Part shown: positions 10,015-21,371 of the stretch, piece after piece
Layout: each line of letters begins with the position of its first letter
Numbering within the stretch: the first letter of the stretch is position 1
NCBI GenBank assembly: GCA_963698905.1
Contig: CAVOSP010000003.1
Location: 1,623,126-1,687,125, forward strand
Source: Pirellulaceae bacterium
GTDB lineage: Bacteria > Planctomycetota > Planctomycetia > Pirellulales > Pirellulaceae
Length of the DNA: 64,000 bases
Direction of reading: 5' to 3'
Translations under genes and position numbers: made by a program
The notes under the pieces: model-generated
Databases searched by the model: none
The model's input: the letters and a program-made list of their open reading frames with translations, nothing else
Told to the model about the DNA's origin: nothing

Positions 10015-10749
10015 ATGGCAGATTCATCCAAGATCCAGATCAGCACTCAATTACTACGCACGCTGCACCGGATTCATCGGCAGCGTGCGGATTTGAAAGG
10101 TCAGATCGAACGAGGGCCGCGCCAGATCAAGGCGGGTGAAGCATTGGTTGCCAAAGCGACCGCGGGCGTCCAGGCAGCCAAAGAGAATCTCAAAAAAGCA
10201 ACCTTACTTGCCGACGACAAACAGTTGCAGTTGAGATCGCGCGAGATGCGAATCGAGGAGCTGAAGTCAAAACTGAACTCAGCCGCCAGCAATCGAGAGT
10301 TTTCGACGCTGAAGGAACAAATCGCCGCCGACCAACAAGCCAACAGCGTGTTGAGCGATGAAATCCTGGAAGCGCTCGAGGAGATGGAAACATTTGACTT
10401 GCAGGTCAAGGCTGCCGAGGCGGAATTGAAGAAGCAGCAAGCGGAACACCAGATTCGCGTCGCGGAAGTGGAAAAGAATCTAGCTGGACTGCAATTGGAA
10501 TGGAATCGAATCGAGTCCCAGCTCTCTGAAGCGGAGGAAAAGATTCCGGCGGCGGCGCGGATTGATTATCGTCGCCTGGTTGATTCCAGAGGTGAAGACG
10601 CGCTGGCGCCGTTCGAGTTCGATTCTTGCGGCAGTTGCAATCAAACTCTCACCACAAATTTTATCGATCGCTTGCGACTGTCGCTGCTGGTGCGTTGTCC
10701 CAATTGCAATGCGTTTTTGTACCTTCCCGAGGACCTCAAAGTCCGTTAG
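10015..10749 (+). CDS. coiled-coil protein with C-terminal C4 zinc ribbon (COG1579/DUF164-like)
   Basis: Start at ATG 10015 (MADSSKIQIST...). A long heptad-like K/E/Q/A-rich region is followed by CGSC ...(22 aa)... CPNC at the C-terminus. Confidence 0.8.
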   Translation: MADSSKIQISTQLLRTLHRIHRQRADLKGQIERGPRQIKAGEALVAKATAGVQAAKENLKKATLLADDKQLQLRSREMRIEELKSKLNSAASNREFSTLKEQIAADQQANSVLSDEILEALEEMETFDLQVKAAEAELKKQQAEHQIRVAEVEKNLAGLQLEWNRIESQLSEAEEKIPAAARIDYRRLVDSRGEDALAPFEFDSCGSCNQTLTTNFIDRLRLSLLVRCPNCNAFLYLPEDLKVR

Positions 10750-10794
10750 AAATCGCAACTGGTTTCCGCCGTATCTGCCAATCGTTGACCTACC

Positions 10795-11733
10795 GTGACC
10801 GTTCGATTGTTTTGCAACGCTGACTTACCGGAACTGGTCCGAGTCTGGAACGATCATTGGGCAATGATCGGTCCCGATCCCATGATCAGCATGGCCCAGC
10901 TTGAGCAAGCGATTCTGGCAAGAACGTTTTTTGAGCCAGGTTGTTTACTGATTGTCGATTCGCGACAGGATTCCAGAGCGATCGACGGCTGGTGCTTGAC
11001 CTATCGAGATCCCGAGTCGGCTACATCCGCATCGGTTTGCGCTGTGTGCTTGTCCAGCGCCTCGGATGACTCCGCGGGCGACCAGTTGATTGACGCAGTC
11101 GAATCACAAATGGTGGCCAACGCGGTCCAGCAGGTTCACGCCGGTGTGGTTCGCGATCGTCAATTTGGGCTGGCTGGTCTGAGTCCGATCGGTCATGGGA
11201 TCGGTGTTCCGATGCTCGATTTGCGCATGAGTTCAATTTTGCAGCAGCGAAATTATGACCAGCAGCGCGGAGTTCAGCGGATGACGGCGATGGTTGCCGG
11301 CTTTCGACCGCCAGTCAGTCGCGATTCCATGCAGTTGAGGCGGACTTCCGAGAGGAGCTTTTCCGACTATCTACATCCAACTGCTCGTGGGGCGGCCGCG
11401 ATGTCTCATCTGAACATCGAAACACATTGTTTAATTGACAGAGCCGGGACGGAACTGTCTCGGCTGAATCTCTGGTTCAGCGACGCTGAGGCCGAAGTGA
11501 TGAGTCCCTCGCAAGCGATTCTTGACCTCACGGAAATCCGGTCGGATGATGGAGTTTCAGCTGCTGATAGCTATTTGATCGGCAGCGTTGTGCAATCTCT
11601 TGGGAGCCTGGGCATCGCATCGGTCGAAACAGCGGTCGATATGAACCAGCCGGTGAGAATGGCCCAGCTGGAGGCGCTTGGCTTTACTGCTGGCGACCAG
11701 GGGATCGAGTGGGTAAAGCGGCTGGGCGATTGA
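10795..11733 (+). CDS. hypothetical protein (possibly GNAT-like fold)
   Basis: 312-aa ORF with a GTG start and no competing ORF. I cannot place any diagnostic motif with confidence. Confidence 0.5.
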   Translation: MTVRLFCNADLPELVRVWNDHWAMIGPDPMISMAQLEQAILARTFFEPGCLLIVDSRQDSRAIDGWCLTYRDPESATSASVCAVCLSSASDDSAGDQLIDAVESQMVANAVQQVHAGVVRDRQFGLAGLSPIGHGIGVPMLDLRMSSILQQRNYDQQRGVQRMTAMVAGFRPPVSRDSMQLRRTSERSFSDYLHPTARGAAAMSHLNIETHCLIDRAGTELSRLNLWFSDAEAEVMSPSQAILDLTEIRSDDGVSAADSYLIGSVVQSLGSLGIASVETAVDMNQPVRMAQLEALGFTAGDQGIEWVKRLGD

Positions 11734-11853
11734 TCAAATCGATCGCCATCAGTTTGCTAGCGTGCCACGCAGTGCAAATTGGTCTTGTCATCGATGCCGC
11801 ACAGTTGCGATATCGGCGGTATCAGGGGCTCATCCAGTACAGGAGAAAGATCG

Positions 11854-12297
11854 ATGTACCAGTTTGGTCGGCGCATTCCGCTTCTTGCCATCTCAATTTC
11901 GCTTTGTTTGCTGGCTGGAAACTCGCGTAGCTTTGCCGACGAAGCGATCCAGCTATCGCCGTTTCAGCGGATGGTTCGCGGGTTGAATCCGGCCAATTGG
12001 AAGGTACCAGGTTGGAATGCATTATTGCCGCAAAACGAAGAGAAGGCCCGCATCAAGAAAAAGAAGGACGGCTTGGTCGAAGAAGTCAGCAAGACGGCTT
12101 CAACCAGTTGGAATCGAACCAAACAAGCTTTGAATCCGGTGAAATTCTTCACCGCCTCGTCCCGATCGGCGACCCCACCCACGGATGCGGAAGCCAAACG
12201 GTCTGGCTTCTTTCAATGGCTGTTTACTCCCTCGCCGCCGCCCGACGAAGATTCCTCGGTCTCAGATTTCCTCAAGCAATCCCGCCCTAGCCCTTGA
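11854..12297 (+). CDS. hypothetical secreted protein
   Basis: ATG 11854 is preceded by AGGAGAAAG. N-terminal signal-like segment MYQFGRRIPLLAISISLCLLAGNSRSFA. Confidence 0.55.
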   Translation: MYQFGRRIPLLAISISLCLLAGNSRSFADEAIQLSPFQRMVRGLNPANWKVPGWNALLPQNEEKARIKKKKDGLVEEVSKTASTSWNRTKQALNPVKFFTASSRSATPPTDAEAKRSGFFQWLFTPSPPPDEDSSVSDFLKQSRPSP

Positions 12298-12531
12298 CGG
12301 GTTGCTGTCAAAAGTAGCTCGACCACGTGTCGCATGGGTGCCCCGTAAAATCAGCACAACCGATACGTGCAGCAATCATCGCTCCTAAAACTTTTCCATT
12401 GTGGATACAGGGGCTCAAGAAAGATTGACTAAACGTTTGCCGCGGCGTCAACTTGCATCGGATGCTGCGCACCTGCTTCGCGGTGATAGCATCGCGAATC
12501 AAGCTTAGTCACTCATGCACGGGGTTTGCCG

Positions 12532-14088
12532 ATGCGTCCTACGATCGCTTTACTGACCATTACCGCAACCATCGTCGGATCGACCGACCTCCATGCGGGT
12601 TGTTTCGGCAATAGTCCGTCGGCAATTCCTTATGTGGTAGGGTACGCACCTGCGGGTTACGCTCCGATTGCGACACCGTACGCCGCGAACTACCCGGTGA
12701 TTCCTGCCGCAGCGATCCCTGCCGCAGCCCCGGTTTTGCCGCCGAATCAAACCGATCTCGCGCCGGGTCTCAGCAGCGGCGCCTATCAAGCCCAGCGTCC
12801 TAACTATTACGATAATCCCTCCGTTTACACGGGAATGCCCGTCGGTGGCGGCTATGTTGCCGCACGCCCGGCCGTACCTGCCGCCGCGCCCTATCGCGGC
12901 TTCGCGGCGGCTGGCTCGAACCTCAGCGCGGCAAATCAGTATCCGAGCAATTATGTATCGGCATACGGAGCCGCCGAGGTGCCGGCAACGCCAATGCCCT
13001 TCATCGATCAGGGACAGCCGATTTCCGCTGCTCCGCCAATCATGGAAACATCACAAGTGGTGCCGGCGGCCGCAGCGGTCCCGGTTTATCAGCCCGCGCC
13101 TGCTCGTGGCTGCTGCCTGGCGCGACTGTTTGGCTGTGGTGGTTCGGAAACCAGTTATCGCAGCTCGTACTATCGGGCGCCAATCACCTATTACCGACCG
13201 GCAACCACGATCGATCCGGTATTGGGAACCACCGTGACAGTGCAACAGCCTTGCACTTCCTACGTCCAACAGTTACAGCGAACGCCGTACAGCAGTGGTC
13301 TGCAAGGGCCGGCGGCAAGCTACGGGCAACCCACCCCTGCCTGTTCAACACCGAACTGTGGCAACAGCTATTCGGCACCAAGTACCTATTCGCCGCCGGG
13401 AGCCTTTTCAGCGCCGGTGGGCAATGGAATTGGACAAGCCAGTGCAATCGCGCCAGCAACGGCCGACCAATTCGCTGTACCCATTCCATCGACTGCACCG
13501 TCGGCGGCCGCCCCCGGTGGCTATTACGGCCAGAACGGCTACCCGTCCAGCACGGCCCCCCTGACCGGTCCGCCACCTGGATTCAGCAACGGGGCCCAGA
13601 CGGGCAACGGCTCCCAGACGGGCAATGATTATACTCCGCTGCAGCAACCGGAGCTTCGCAATCGACCCTCAAGCAGCGACAACGGTTACCAATCCGAGCA
13701 GCCCGAATCCGATGCTCGCGAAAGCGACAAGAGCGAATCGCAGCGGCCCAAGACTGAGTCGTATTGGCAGTTGCAAAATGCCGAAGATTCAACGGCGATG
13801 ATTCGTCGCTCGCAATGGGACCACTCGCCGGCTCAACCGATTGTCGCTCCAGCTGATTACGTTTCGCCGTTTTCGCGTCAGACCGAAGCTCCCACAACGC
13901 CGGTCAAGCGCGGCGATTTCGAGGCACCGCCACTGCCACCCCGATCGTACGACTCGGTTGACAAATCTCATGATTCGAACTGGGTCAGCGCGCCCGTTCG
14001 CGAAGTATCGACGGCATCGCCGCGAACTTATCGCCAAACAGCTCGACCGATCGAGCGCGATACGACTTGGAAAGCGGCTCGCAATTGA
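12532..14088 (+). CDS. secreted low-complexity Pro/Ala/Tyr/Ser-rich protein (possible lipoprotein)
   Basis: A signal-like N-terminus ends in LHAGC. The long ORF has strongly biased composition, and only short ORFs compete on the other strand. The start may be TTG 12526 or ATG 12532. Confidence 0.6.
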   Translation: MRPTIALLTITATIVGSTDLHAGCFGNSPSAIPYVVGYAPAGYAPIATPYAANYPVIPAAAIPAAAPVLPPNQTDLAPGLSSGAYQAQRPNYYDNPSVYTGMPVGGGYVAARPAVPAAAPYRGFAAAGSNLSAANQYPSNYVSAYGAAEVPATPMPFIDQGQPISAAPPIMETSQVVPAAAAVPVYQPAPARGCCLARLFGCGGSETSYRSSYYRAPITYYRPATTIDPVLGTTVTVQQPCTSYVQQLQRTPYSSGLQGPAASYGQPTPACSTPNCGNSYSAPSTYSPPGAFSAPVGNGIGQASAIAPATADQFAVPIPSTAPSAAAPGGYYGQNGYPSSTAPLTGPPPGFSNGAQTGNGSQTGNDYTPLQQPELRNRPSSSDNGYQSEQPESDARESDKSESQRPKTESYWQLQNAEDSTAMIRRSQWDHSPAQPIVAPADYVSPFSRQTEAPTTPVKRGDFEAPPLPPRSYDSVDKSHDSNWVSAPVREVSTASPRTYRQTARPIERDTTWKAARN

Positions 14089-14152
14089 GCCCGCGGCTTG
14101 AAACTCCTTACAATTTGGGGATTACCCAATCAACCGGTAAGGAGATTCAGGT

Positions 14153-15880
14153 GTGGACAATGCGGCGATCGCGGACGTGTTTGATGAAATGGCGGAACTG
14201 TTGGAGTTTCGCGGCGAGAATCCATTTCGGATTCGCGCCTATCGCAATGGGGCCCGGGCGATTCGCGAACTGGACGAGTCGGTCCAGGCAATCATTGACG
14301 ATCCTGAACGCGATCTGGCCAGCGTTCCCGGAATTGGCAAGACGCTGGTCGAGAAAACCGCGACTCTGTTGGCGACCGGTTCGCTGCCGCAGCTGATCAA
14401 GCTGCGCGGCGAAGTTCCTGAAGTTGTGATTCAAATGGCGCGGATCCCGGGACTGGGAGCCAAAAAGGCGGCGAAGTTACAAGCAGAACTGGGGATCGAT
14501 TCGCTGAGCGATCTCCGCACGGCCTGTCAGCAGGGCCGAGTCGCCAAGCTGAAAGGGTTCGGCGCCAAGACCGAGCAAGCGATCCTGGACGGTTTACAAA
14601 TTGCCCAGCAGGCTGCCGAGCGAATTTATTGGTCCAGCGGTGATGAACTGGCCCAGGCGATCGGCCAACACATGGAATCATGCGCAGCGATCGAGCAGAT
14701 GCAGTGGGCCGGCAGCTACCGCCGCGGTCGGGAGACGATTGGTGACTTGGACCTGTTGGTCGTCGCCACCGACCAGGCGTCGGCGATGGACCAGCTGGAA
14801 GCCTATCCCGATCGATCAGCAACGATCGGTCGCGGTGATACCAAGCTGTCGATTCGCGTGGGCAAATCGTTTCAAGTCGACATGCGGGTTGTCGAAGCGA
14901 ACCAATTTGGCGCTGCGCTCCAGTACTTCACCGGATCACAAGCGCACAATGTTCACCTTCGTCGGATCGCCAAAGAGCATGGATTGAAAATCAATGAATA
15001 CGGGGTCTTCAGAATTGATGACGATTCGTTCGTCGCCGGCGCGACTGAACAGGACGTTTACCGAACGATTGGCTTACCATGGATTGCACCTGAGCTGCGA
15101 GAAGATCGCAGGGAGTTTCAGTGGGCCGAACAAGGTCAGTTACCGGAACTGATTGAAGTATCGGATATCCGCGGTGATTTGCACATGCACACCAGCGCGA
15201 CCGACGGCACGGCCACGATCCGCGAAATGGCGGACGCCGCGATCGAAAAAGGGTTGTCCTACATTGCCATCACCGATCACAGCCAGCGGGTTTCGATGGC
15301 GATGGGTCTCGATCCCCAACGCCTGCGTCAGCAATGGCAAACCATCGAGGAGCTGAGGCCGGAATACGAAGGTCAATTGGAAATTCTGAAAGGAATCGAA
15401 TGCGACATACTGGAGAAAGGGGGGATGGATCTGCCGGACGACTGCTTGGCGGAGGCCGATTGGGTGTTGGCCAGCATCCACTATGGACAGAAGCAACCGC
15501 GCGAACAAATCACCGAACGCCTGTTGGGCGCGGTTGAAAACCCGCACGTCAGCTGTATCGCCCATCCGACCGGCCGGTTGATCAATCGACGTCCGCCGTA
15601 TGACGTGGACATGGACGCAGTATTCAGCGCTGCAAAAACCAATCGAACGCTGCTGGAATTGAACGCGAATCCGGCGCGATTGGATCTCAATGACATCCAT
15701 TTGGCGGCCGCAAAGCGAATGGAAATCCCAATCGTGATTAGCACCGACGCGCATTCGACCGATGGCCTCAGCGTGATGCGTTATGGCATCATGCAGGCGC
15801 GGCGCGGCGGGTTAAGCGCGGAAAACGTCGCCAATACTCGGAGCTGGTCGGCGATGAGGAAATTGATGGGCCGGCGGTAA
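14153..15880 (+). CDS. polX: family X DNA polymerase with C-terminal PHP phosphoesterase domain (PolX)
   Basis: N-terminal HhH region (FDEMAELLEFRGENPFRIRAYRNGARAI). Pol-beta nucleotidyltransferase motif GDLDLLV. PHP motifs DLHMHTSATDG and HPTGR. Confidence 0.93.
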   Translation: MDNAAIADVFDEMAELLEFRGENPFRIRAYRNGARAIRELDESVQAIIDDPERDLASVPGIGKTLVEKTATLLATGSLPQLIKLRGEVPEVVIQMARIPGLGAKKAAKLQAELGIDSLSDLRTACQQGRVAKLKGFGAKTEQAILDGLQIAQQAAERIYWSSGDELAQAIGQHMESCAAIEQMQWAGSYRRGRETIGDLDLLVVATDQASAMDQLEAYPDRSATIGRGDTKLSIRVGKSFQVDMRVVEANQFGAALQYFTGSQAHNVHLRRIAKEHGLKINEYGVFRIDDDSFVAGATEQDVYRTIGLPWIAPELREDRREFQWAEQGQLPELIEVSDIRGDLHMHTSATDGTATIREMADAAIEKGLSYIAITDHSQRVSMAMGLDPQRLRQQWQTIEELRPEYEGQLEILKGIECDILEKGGMDLPDDCLAEADWVLASIHYGQKQPREQITERLLGAVENPHVSCIAHPTGRLINRRPPYDVDMDAVFSAAKTNRTLLELNANPARLDLNDIHLAAAKRMEIPIVISTDAHSTDGLSVMRYGIMQARRGGLSAENVANTRSWSAMRKLMGRR

Positions 15881-15929
15881 ATCAGCAATTCCGGCTGCTC
15901 GCCGGTGCTGCCGCGCAAGACCGACCGTC

Positions 15930-16193
15930 TTAGCCACGTTTCCGTGTCCAAGCACTCCCCAAGCGAACGGTCGCGTTTCGGGTCACAAACCACAGCAGGC
16001 CGAGCGTAAGCAGCGCGGAGACCACGAAAACACCGTGCTCGGGCGCGCTGATGTAATGCGCGGGTCCTGGTTGTCCGTGACCGGGATGGGACCAGGCTTG
16101 GCGATGTCCAACGCCGACAACCACCAAAGGTAAAAGAGTTTGAATGATCTGTTTCACGATTGTCGGAGCCTTGCCTTGGCGAATGAAAAACAT
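15930..16193 (-). CDS. possible small two-TM membrane protein
   Basis: 87 aa from an internal ATG, with two hydrophobic segments (IIQTLLPLVVVGVG and GVFVVSALLTLGLLWFV). No homology was recognised, so this could be a spurious ORF. Confidence 0.3.
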   Translation of the reverse strand: MFFIRQGKAPTIVKQIIQTLLPLVVVGVGHRQAWSHPGHGQPGPAHYISAPEHGVFVVSALLTLGLLWFVTRNATVRLGSAWTRKRG

Positions 16194-16444
16194 CTGTAGC
16201 CCTCGATTTGTACAGCCAACGTATTTGTTTGTCGAGAGCAGCATCCGCCCGGGCTTTGTTCAAGTCGATCTTTTGTGATGGTCGATATCAATATCAATGG
16301 GAGTCCGATCAATGGGAGCCCTGGGCACGGTCCGGTTATTGGAGTCACCGGAAAAGGGTCCGACCCTTCGTCCTTGCTCGACCCCTTCTCCCCCCGTCCC
16401 ATTGGCGAGAGCATGCGAAACGCATCGTCGTTGAGTGAATCATC

Positions 16445-17740
16445 ATGCCAATCAGCAAGCGAGTTCCTCTGGAAATGCTGCGTCCGGGAGTGACGCTGTC
16501 CTCCCCGATCGTCCATCCGAACTCGCCGCGCGTGAAATTGCTGGGGGCCGGCGTTGTCCTGACCGAAGGCTTTATCGAAGCGCTGCGAAAACGAGGCGTG
16601 GATTCGCTGATTGTATCGGAGGCGGATATCGCCCTTTTGACAGCATTCACCTCGCAGGGACGGCGCCGCAAGGTCCCAGCAGCACCGCACTATGCCAGAT
16701 CAAGTGAGATCAACGAATATTCGGAATACTTCGACAAGCAATTGAAAGCAAATCCATCACCGCAGATCCAAACCGCCGAACAGCCATTCGCGGCTGACAT
16801 TGATACTCCCGCAGACTGCGGCTACGCGGACGGGTTACAGTACGAATGGGCGGTGCAAAACAACCAACATGTTGACGTGGTCAGCCGTTTTCTTGAGGAA
16901 ACGGTCAACGATGGCGACTGTGACATTGGCCCTCTGCATCAGGCAACTTGCCGCATAGTCCGGCAAATCGCTGAAGACAAGGATGCTCTTGTCTGCCTCT
17001 CCAGCACGCCACACGAATCTGCATATCCATCTCGACATGGCCTTCACGTCGCGGGGGTGGCGATGACGATTGGAGTCGAATTGGGGCTGGACCGGCAGGG
17101 GCTGATCGACCTTGGGATCGGATGCATGATTCATGATGTCGGGATGCAGGCGGTTGGGCTGCGAATCTTCCAAAACAATAAGCCCTTGTCTTCGCTGCAG
17201 GTGAATCGACTAGCCGATCACCCGGTCAGGGCTTTGAAATTGGCTTGCAATCAGGGAGATCATATTTCTGAGCTGTCCAAGTTTGTTGCTTATCAGATTC
17301 ACGAACGAAACGACGGCAGTGGATATCCGCGAGGTTGGACGGGTGACCGAATTCATCCGCTAGCGAAGATTGCCGGGGTCGCCGATGCGTATGTGGGAAT
17401 GTTGACCAATCGAAAGCACCGACTTGCAATCCAGGGCTATCATGTGATGGCTCATTTGTTGGCGGATATGAAAGCAGGCAAGTTCGATTCACGGGTGATT
17501 CGCGCGCTGTTAAATGCTTGCTCGTTGTATCCGCTGGGCAGCCTGGTGAAATTGAACAATGAATGCGTAGGGAGAGTGATTCGCTCTGGGCGGGAGCGAT
17601 TCGTTGAACCGACGATCGAAATGTGGCCCAGCGACGCCCCGGATCAGACGCCGGCCATTGTCAACCTAAGGCACGAGTCCAAGATCCGGATCACGGGATC
17701 GATGTCGTCGGATGCGATGCTGCCGCGCCGGGCGGCTTAG
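16445..17740 (+). CDS. HD-GYP domain protein (putative c-di-GMP phosphodiesterase)
   Basis: HD motif (CMIHDVGM) and GYP motif (HERNDGSGYPRG) in the C-terminal half. Confidence 0.9.
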   Translation: MPISKRVPLEMLRPGVTLSSPIVHPNSPRVKLLGAGVVLTEGFIEALRKRGVDSLIVSEADIALLTAFTSQGRRRKVPAAPHYARSSEINEYSEYFDKQLKANPSPQIQTAEQPFAADIDTPADCGYADGLQYEWAVQNNQHVDVVSRFLEETVNDGDCDIGPLHQATCRIVRQIAEDKDALVCLSSTPHESAYPSRHGLHVAGVAMTIGVELGLDRQGLIDLGIGCMIHDVGMQAVGLRIFQNNKPLSSLQVNRLADHPVRALKLACNQGDHISELSKFVAYQIHERNDGSGYPRGWTGDRIHPLAKIAGVADAYVGMLTNRKHRLAIQGYHVMAHLLADMKAGKFDSRVIRALLNACSLYPLGSLVKLNNECVGRVIRSGRERFVEPTIEMWPSDAPDQTPAIVNLRHESKIRITGSMSSDAMLPRRAA

Positions 17741-17752
17741 GTTCGCCGTTGG

Positions 17753-18952
17753 TTAACGCAGGTTCACCGCGACACCGTCTTCCACCGCATCGCTGGGGTG
17801 CGTGATCACGACAGATCCCTGTTCCAATCCTTCGATCACTTCGGCGGAAACGCCATTATTTTGGCCGATTTTCACCGGAGTCAGATGAGCATGTGTGGAA
17901 TTGACTTTAAACACATGCCACTGACCGTCGACTCGGAACAGCGCGCTGGTTGGCACCTGCAGGGAACTGTTTGATTGCCAGACCACGATTTCGCTGTCGA
18001 CACGGAATCCATCACCCAACTCGGTGCGGGAATCGGGCGGATCGATCAAATCGATCACGACATTGACCCGTTGCTCTTCGACACCCAATGCGGAAACCTT
18101 GGTAAAACCCGAGGGCTCGACCAGTCGGACGCGTCCGCGCAGGTCACGATCACCTCCCCAGTGCCTGAGGAACACCTCGTCACCTGGCGAAACCTTGACG
18201 GCATCGCGTGAGAGCAGGTCGGCAACGACTTCCAGGTCGCTGGGGTCGCCGATTTCCAGCAGTGGTGAACCGGCTGTGACCACCGTGCTGCTTTCCTGCG
18301 CGATCCGCAAGACGCGGCCGTCAATGGGAGCCTTGATTGCCAGTTCCATCTCTGAGTCTTGTTCCTGGTCGGGATCGGTAAGCATCAGCGCCGCCCGTTC
18401 CAATTCCAACTCGTATTCGGCGATATCGACGGCGAAACCGGCCGATTTGGCTTCTTCGGTTCGCAAACGAAAGGCAAGATCGGCTGCCTCGAACTCACTC
18501 TGCGAGGCCGCGTTCTTATTCCGCAGGTTTCGTACGCGTCCCATCTCGGTCTCGGCATAGTTGACCTCCGCTTCAGCTTTCGCTAGCTCCGCTTTTGCGG
18601 CTTGCAATCTTTGCTCTGCCGCGCTGACTCGCGCGCGGGCCTGAGCCAATGCTCGGGGATCGAGGAAATCCGGGTCGGTGGGCTGCATTCGCGCCAGCAC
18701 GGTTTGTCCGGCCGTGACCAGGTCGCCAACTTCCAGAGTGATACGTAACAGCCTTCCGGTAAGTGGGGTGGAAACCACATAACGTTCCCGAATTCTGGTT
18801 TTTCCGTCTTCCTCGACACGCACATCCATCGGGCCAGTGGCAACGGTCGCGACGTCGACCAGCACCGGACGTGGGCGCAAGGAAAAGTAGCTCGCCGCAC
18901 CGACAAGTGACAAGCCAATCAGCCAATACAACAAACGACGCAGTCTTTTCAA
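17753..18952 (-). CDS. HlyD-family periplasmic adaptor (MacA-like)
   Basis: N-terminal TM anchor, a lipoyl/barrel region with a central coiled coil (AQARARVSAAEQRLQAAKAELAKAEAE). It is the last gene of an ABC-permease-adaptor operon. Confidence 0.88.
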   Translation of the reverse strand: MKRLRRLLYWLIGLSLVGAASYFSLRPRPVLVDVATVATGPMDVRVEEDGKTRIRERYVVSTPLTGRLLRITLEVGDLVTAGQTVLARMQPTDPDFLDPRALAQARARVSAAEQRLQAAKAELAKAEAEVNYAETEMGRVRNLRNKNAASQSEFEAADLAFRLRTEEAKSAGFAVDIAEYELELERAALMLTDPDQEQDSEMELAIKAPIDGRVLRIAQESSTVVTAGSPLLEIGDPSDLEVVADLLSRDAVKVSPGDEVFLRHWGGDRDLRGRVRLVEPSGFTKVSALGVEEQRVNVVIDLIDPPDSRTELGDGFRVDSEIVVWQSNSSLQVPTSALFRVDGQWHVFKVNSTHAHLTPVKIGQNNGVSAEVIEGLEQGSVVITHPSDAVEDGVAVNLR

Positions 18953-18998
18953 TGCAATGTTGCCCTTACCGTAGATTTCGGTTCACGTCGCTGACCGA

Positions 18999-21371
18999 TC
19001 ATTCACCGCTCTTTAGCACTTCGACCAGGTCTAGTTTGTCCAAGCTGTGACGAACAATCAAACCGCTGATGGCGGCGGCGATCGCAGTGACCATTGCCGA
19101 GCGTGCCAGGCTTTCCTGGCTAATGACCACCGGGATGCGGATCGTCTCTGAACTGAATCCCTCGGCCATAGCAAAGCAAAAACCGTAACCGATCAACCAG
19201 CCGACTGGAATCGCCACCAGCGTCAGGACCGCCAGTTCACCCAACAAAATGCTGGAAACTTCGCCCCGCGTCATCCCGATCACTCGCAAGGTTGCCAATT
19301 CACGACTCTGTTCGTCCAACGAAATACGGGCCGTGTTGTAAACCACACCAACCGCGATCACGGCGGCAAAGAACGCGGTAAAGGACTGCATCACGTTTTG
19401 ATTTTCTTGAATCGTATCGCGAAACTTCTGGATCTTGGCCGCCTTGACGGATACCGAGGCAACTTGCGGCATTCTTTTTAACTGGTGGTAGAGATCCAAT
19501 TGTTCGGCTGAGTCAACGGCCAGGTAGGCGCCTGAAATCGCATCGGTTTCTCGCAGCAGCTGATTCAGGTAATGGCGGTCCATGTAAGCGTTGGCACCCG
19601 TATACCGTGGCACGACCCCCACGATCGGGACCACGTGAGTCGGTTTGGCGCCATCCAAGACTTCGACCGTCAAGGCATCTCCCAGCTTGACTTCCAGCAG
19701 GTCCCCGAGAATGTCGCTGATCACAACTCCCGATTCGGGCAGCGAGACCGGTTTTGCGTCTGTGTTTAGCAGCCGGTGCAGATCCCGATTCTGATTCAGT
19801 CCCACAATGCTCGTGCGATGGCTCAGATGTCCGTTTCGTAAATCGACCGGAACCGCACGGTAAGGTTCCACTCGCTCCACGCCGCTGAGGTGCCGCAGCT
19901 CGTGACGTGCGGCGGGTGACGTGTTCTCGATGAACGAAACTTGGATATCCTCCCGCTCGGACAAATAGTATTCGAACTCGATTACATGATTGATCGCGTC
20001 GTCAATGAAGCTGCTGACCAGCAATACCGCGACGGCAAACGCGATTCCGATCGACGAAAAGATGGCACTGATCGGTCGTCGCTGTAATCCTCGCAGCACC
20101 ATCCGACCGGCGACGGGAATGAAACTGGTCAGTCCGAGAACCTCCAACAAGGTGCGATGGTAGGTTGCCGGCGCGGCTGGACGCATCGCTTCGGCCGGTA
20201 ACATAGCAACCGCCGATCCGACCGCGCGCAATGATCCGACGGTCGCCGAGAACAAACTGACCATGACAGCCAGCAGCATGACTCGCCAGTCAGGACGATA
20301 GACGAATGACGGGAAGCGATAAAATTCGGCATACAGTTCAGTCAGCTGCGTCGCCATCCACTGCCCTACCAGCACCCCCAGAACAGCACCGATGATGGCG
20401 ACGAGCAACGAAGACTTCAGGTAATGAATCGCGATTTCGGTGTTCGTATAGCCAAATGCCTTGAGCGCCGCGATGATGCTGCGATGGGTAGCGATGCGAC
20501 GCGTCAGCACAATGTTCATCAGGAATGCCGCGACCGCCATGAACATGATCGGAGCGACCATGCCGGTGGCCTTGAGACCGCGGATTTCGTCACTGAGAAA
20601 TCGGGCCGAAACTTGCAGATCGCGACCGTAAGCGCCCGCCGCACCGTACGGTTTCAAGATGCGGTCCAAGGAATCGATCACATCCTGCTGATTCGCCCCG
20701 CGCAGCAATCGGATGGTGACGTCATTGAAGGCGCCATCCATGTCAAACGCCGCTTCCAGTTGCCGCCGAGCCATCCAGAAGATGCCATAGCGCTGATCGT
20801 CGGGCAACATTTCGCCCGCTTGAACTTGCAGCACAAACTCCGGTGACAGCGCGACGCCAACGATCGTCAACGGCTGCAAGCGGCCATTGAGAATGGCGTC
20901 GATCGAATCGCCCAATTTTAGATGATTGGCCTCAAAGAATGCGTCGCTGACCAACACTTCGCCCTCACGGTCGGCCTCCGGCAGGCGTCCGCGACGCAGA
21001 TACAGCTTGTTCAGCTTGGGTTGATTGTCATCGGGCAACGAAACCAGGTGTCCGACCGCCGGTTCGTCCAGTCCCGGAACGTCCAGGGTCACATTGGCAA
21101 CGATCCGAGTTTGTACATCCGCAATGCCTGGAATTTCTGCAATCCGTTCAGTTAGCGGGATGGGCGCACGCGAGACCGACGCGAACAAATCAGCGAATCG
21201 ATAGCGGTCGTAATATGCGTCTCTTGTCTCGGTCAGAAAACCAAGTGTGTTCAAAGACATCACAAACACCGCGACGCCCGAAGCAATCACTACTCCGATC
21301 GCCAAGGATTGTCCTTTGGTTTCGCCCAGCTCTCGGAACAGTTTCAGGTCGAGTGTTTTCACGATCACCAC
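18999..21371 (-). CDS. ABC transporter permease with two FtsX-type domains (MacB/DevC-like)
   Basis: 790 aa with an internally duplicated architecture, each half having a large periplasmic domain followed by a 3-TM FtsX module. It overlaps the ATPase gene by 7 nt. Confidence 0.9.
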   Translation of the reverse strand: MVIVKTLDLKLFRELGETKGQSLAIGVVIASGVAVFVMSLNTLGFLTETRDAYYDRYRFADLFASVSRAPIPLTERIAEIPGIADVQTRIVANVTLDVPGLDEPAVGHLVSLPDDNQPKLNKLYLRRGRLPEADREGEVLVSDAFFEANHLKLGDSIDAILNGRLQPLTIVGVALSPEFVLQVQAGEMLPDDQRYGIFWMARRQLEAAFDMDGAFNDVTIRLLRGANQQDVIDSLDRILKPYGAAGAYGRDLQVSARFLSDEIRGLKATGMVAPIMFMAVAAFLMNIVLTRRIATHRSIIAALKAFGYTNTEIAIHYLKSSLLVAIIGAVLGVLVGQWMATQLTELYAEFYRFPSFVYRPDWRVMLLAVMVSLFSATVGSLRAVGSAVAMLPAEAMRPAAPATYHRTLLEVLGLTSFIPVAGRMVLRGLQRRPISAIFSSIGIAFAVAVLLVSSFIDDAINHVIEFEYYLSEREDIQVSFIENTSPAARHELRHLSGVERVEPYRAVPVDLRNGHLSHRTSIVGLNQNRDLHRLLNTDAKPVSLPESGVVISDILGDLLEVKLGDALTVEVLDGAKPTHVVPIVGVVPRYTGANAYMDRHYLNQLLRETDAISGAYLAVDSAEQLDLYHQLKRMPQVASVSVKAAKIQKFRDTIQENQNVMQSFTAFFAAVIAVGVVYNTARISLDEQSRELATLRVIGMTRGEVSSILLGELAVLTLVAIPVGWLIGYGFCFAMAEGFSSETIRIPVVISQESLARSAMVTAIAAAISGLIVRHSLDKLDLVEVLKSGE

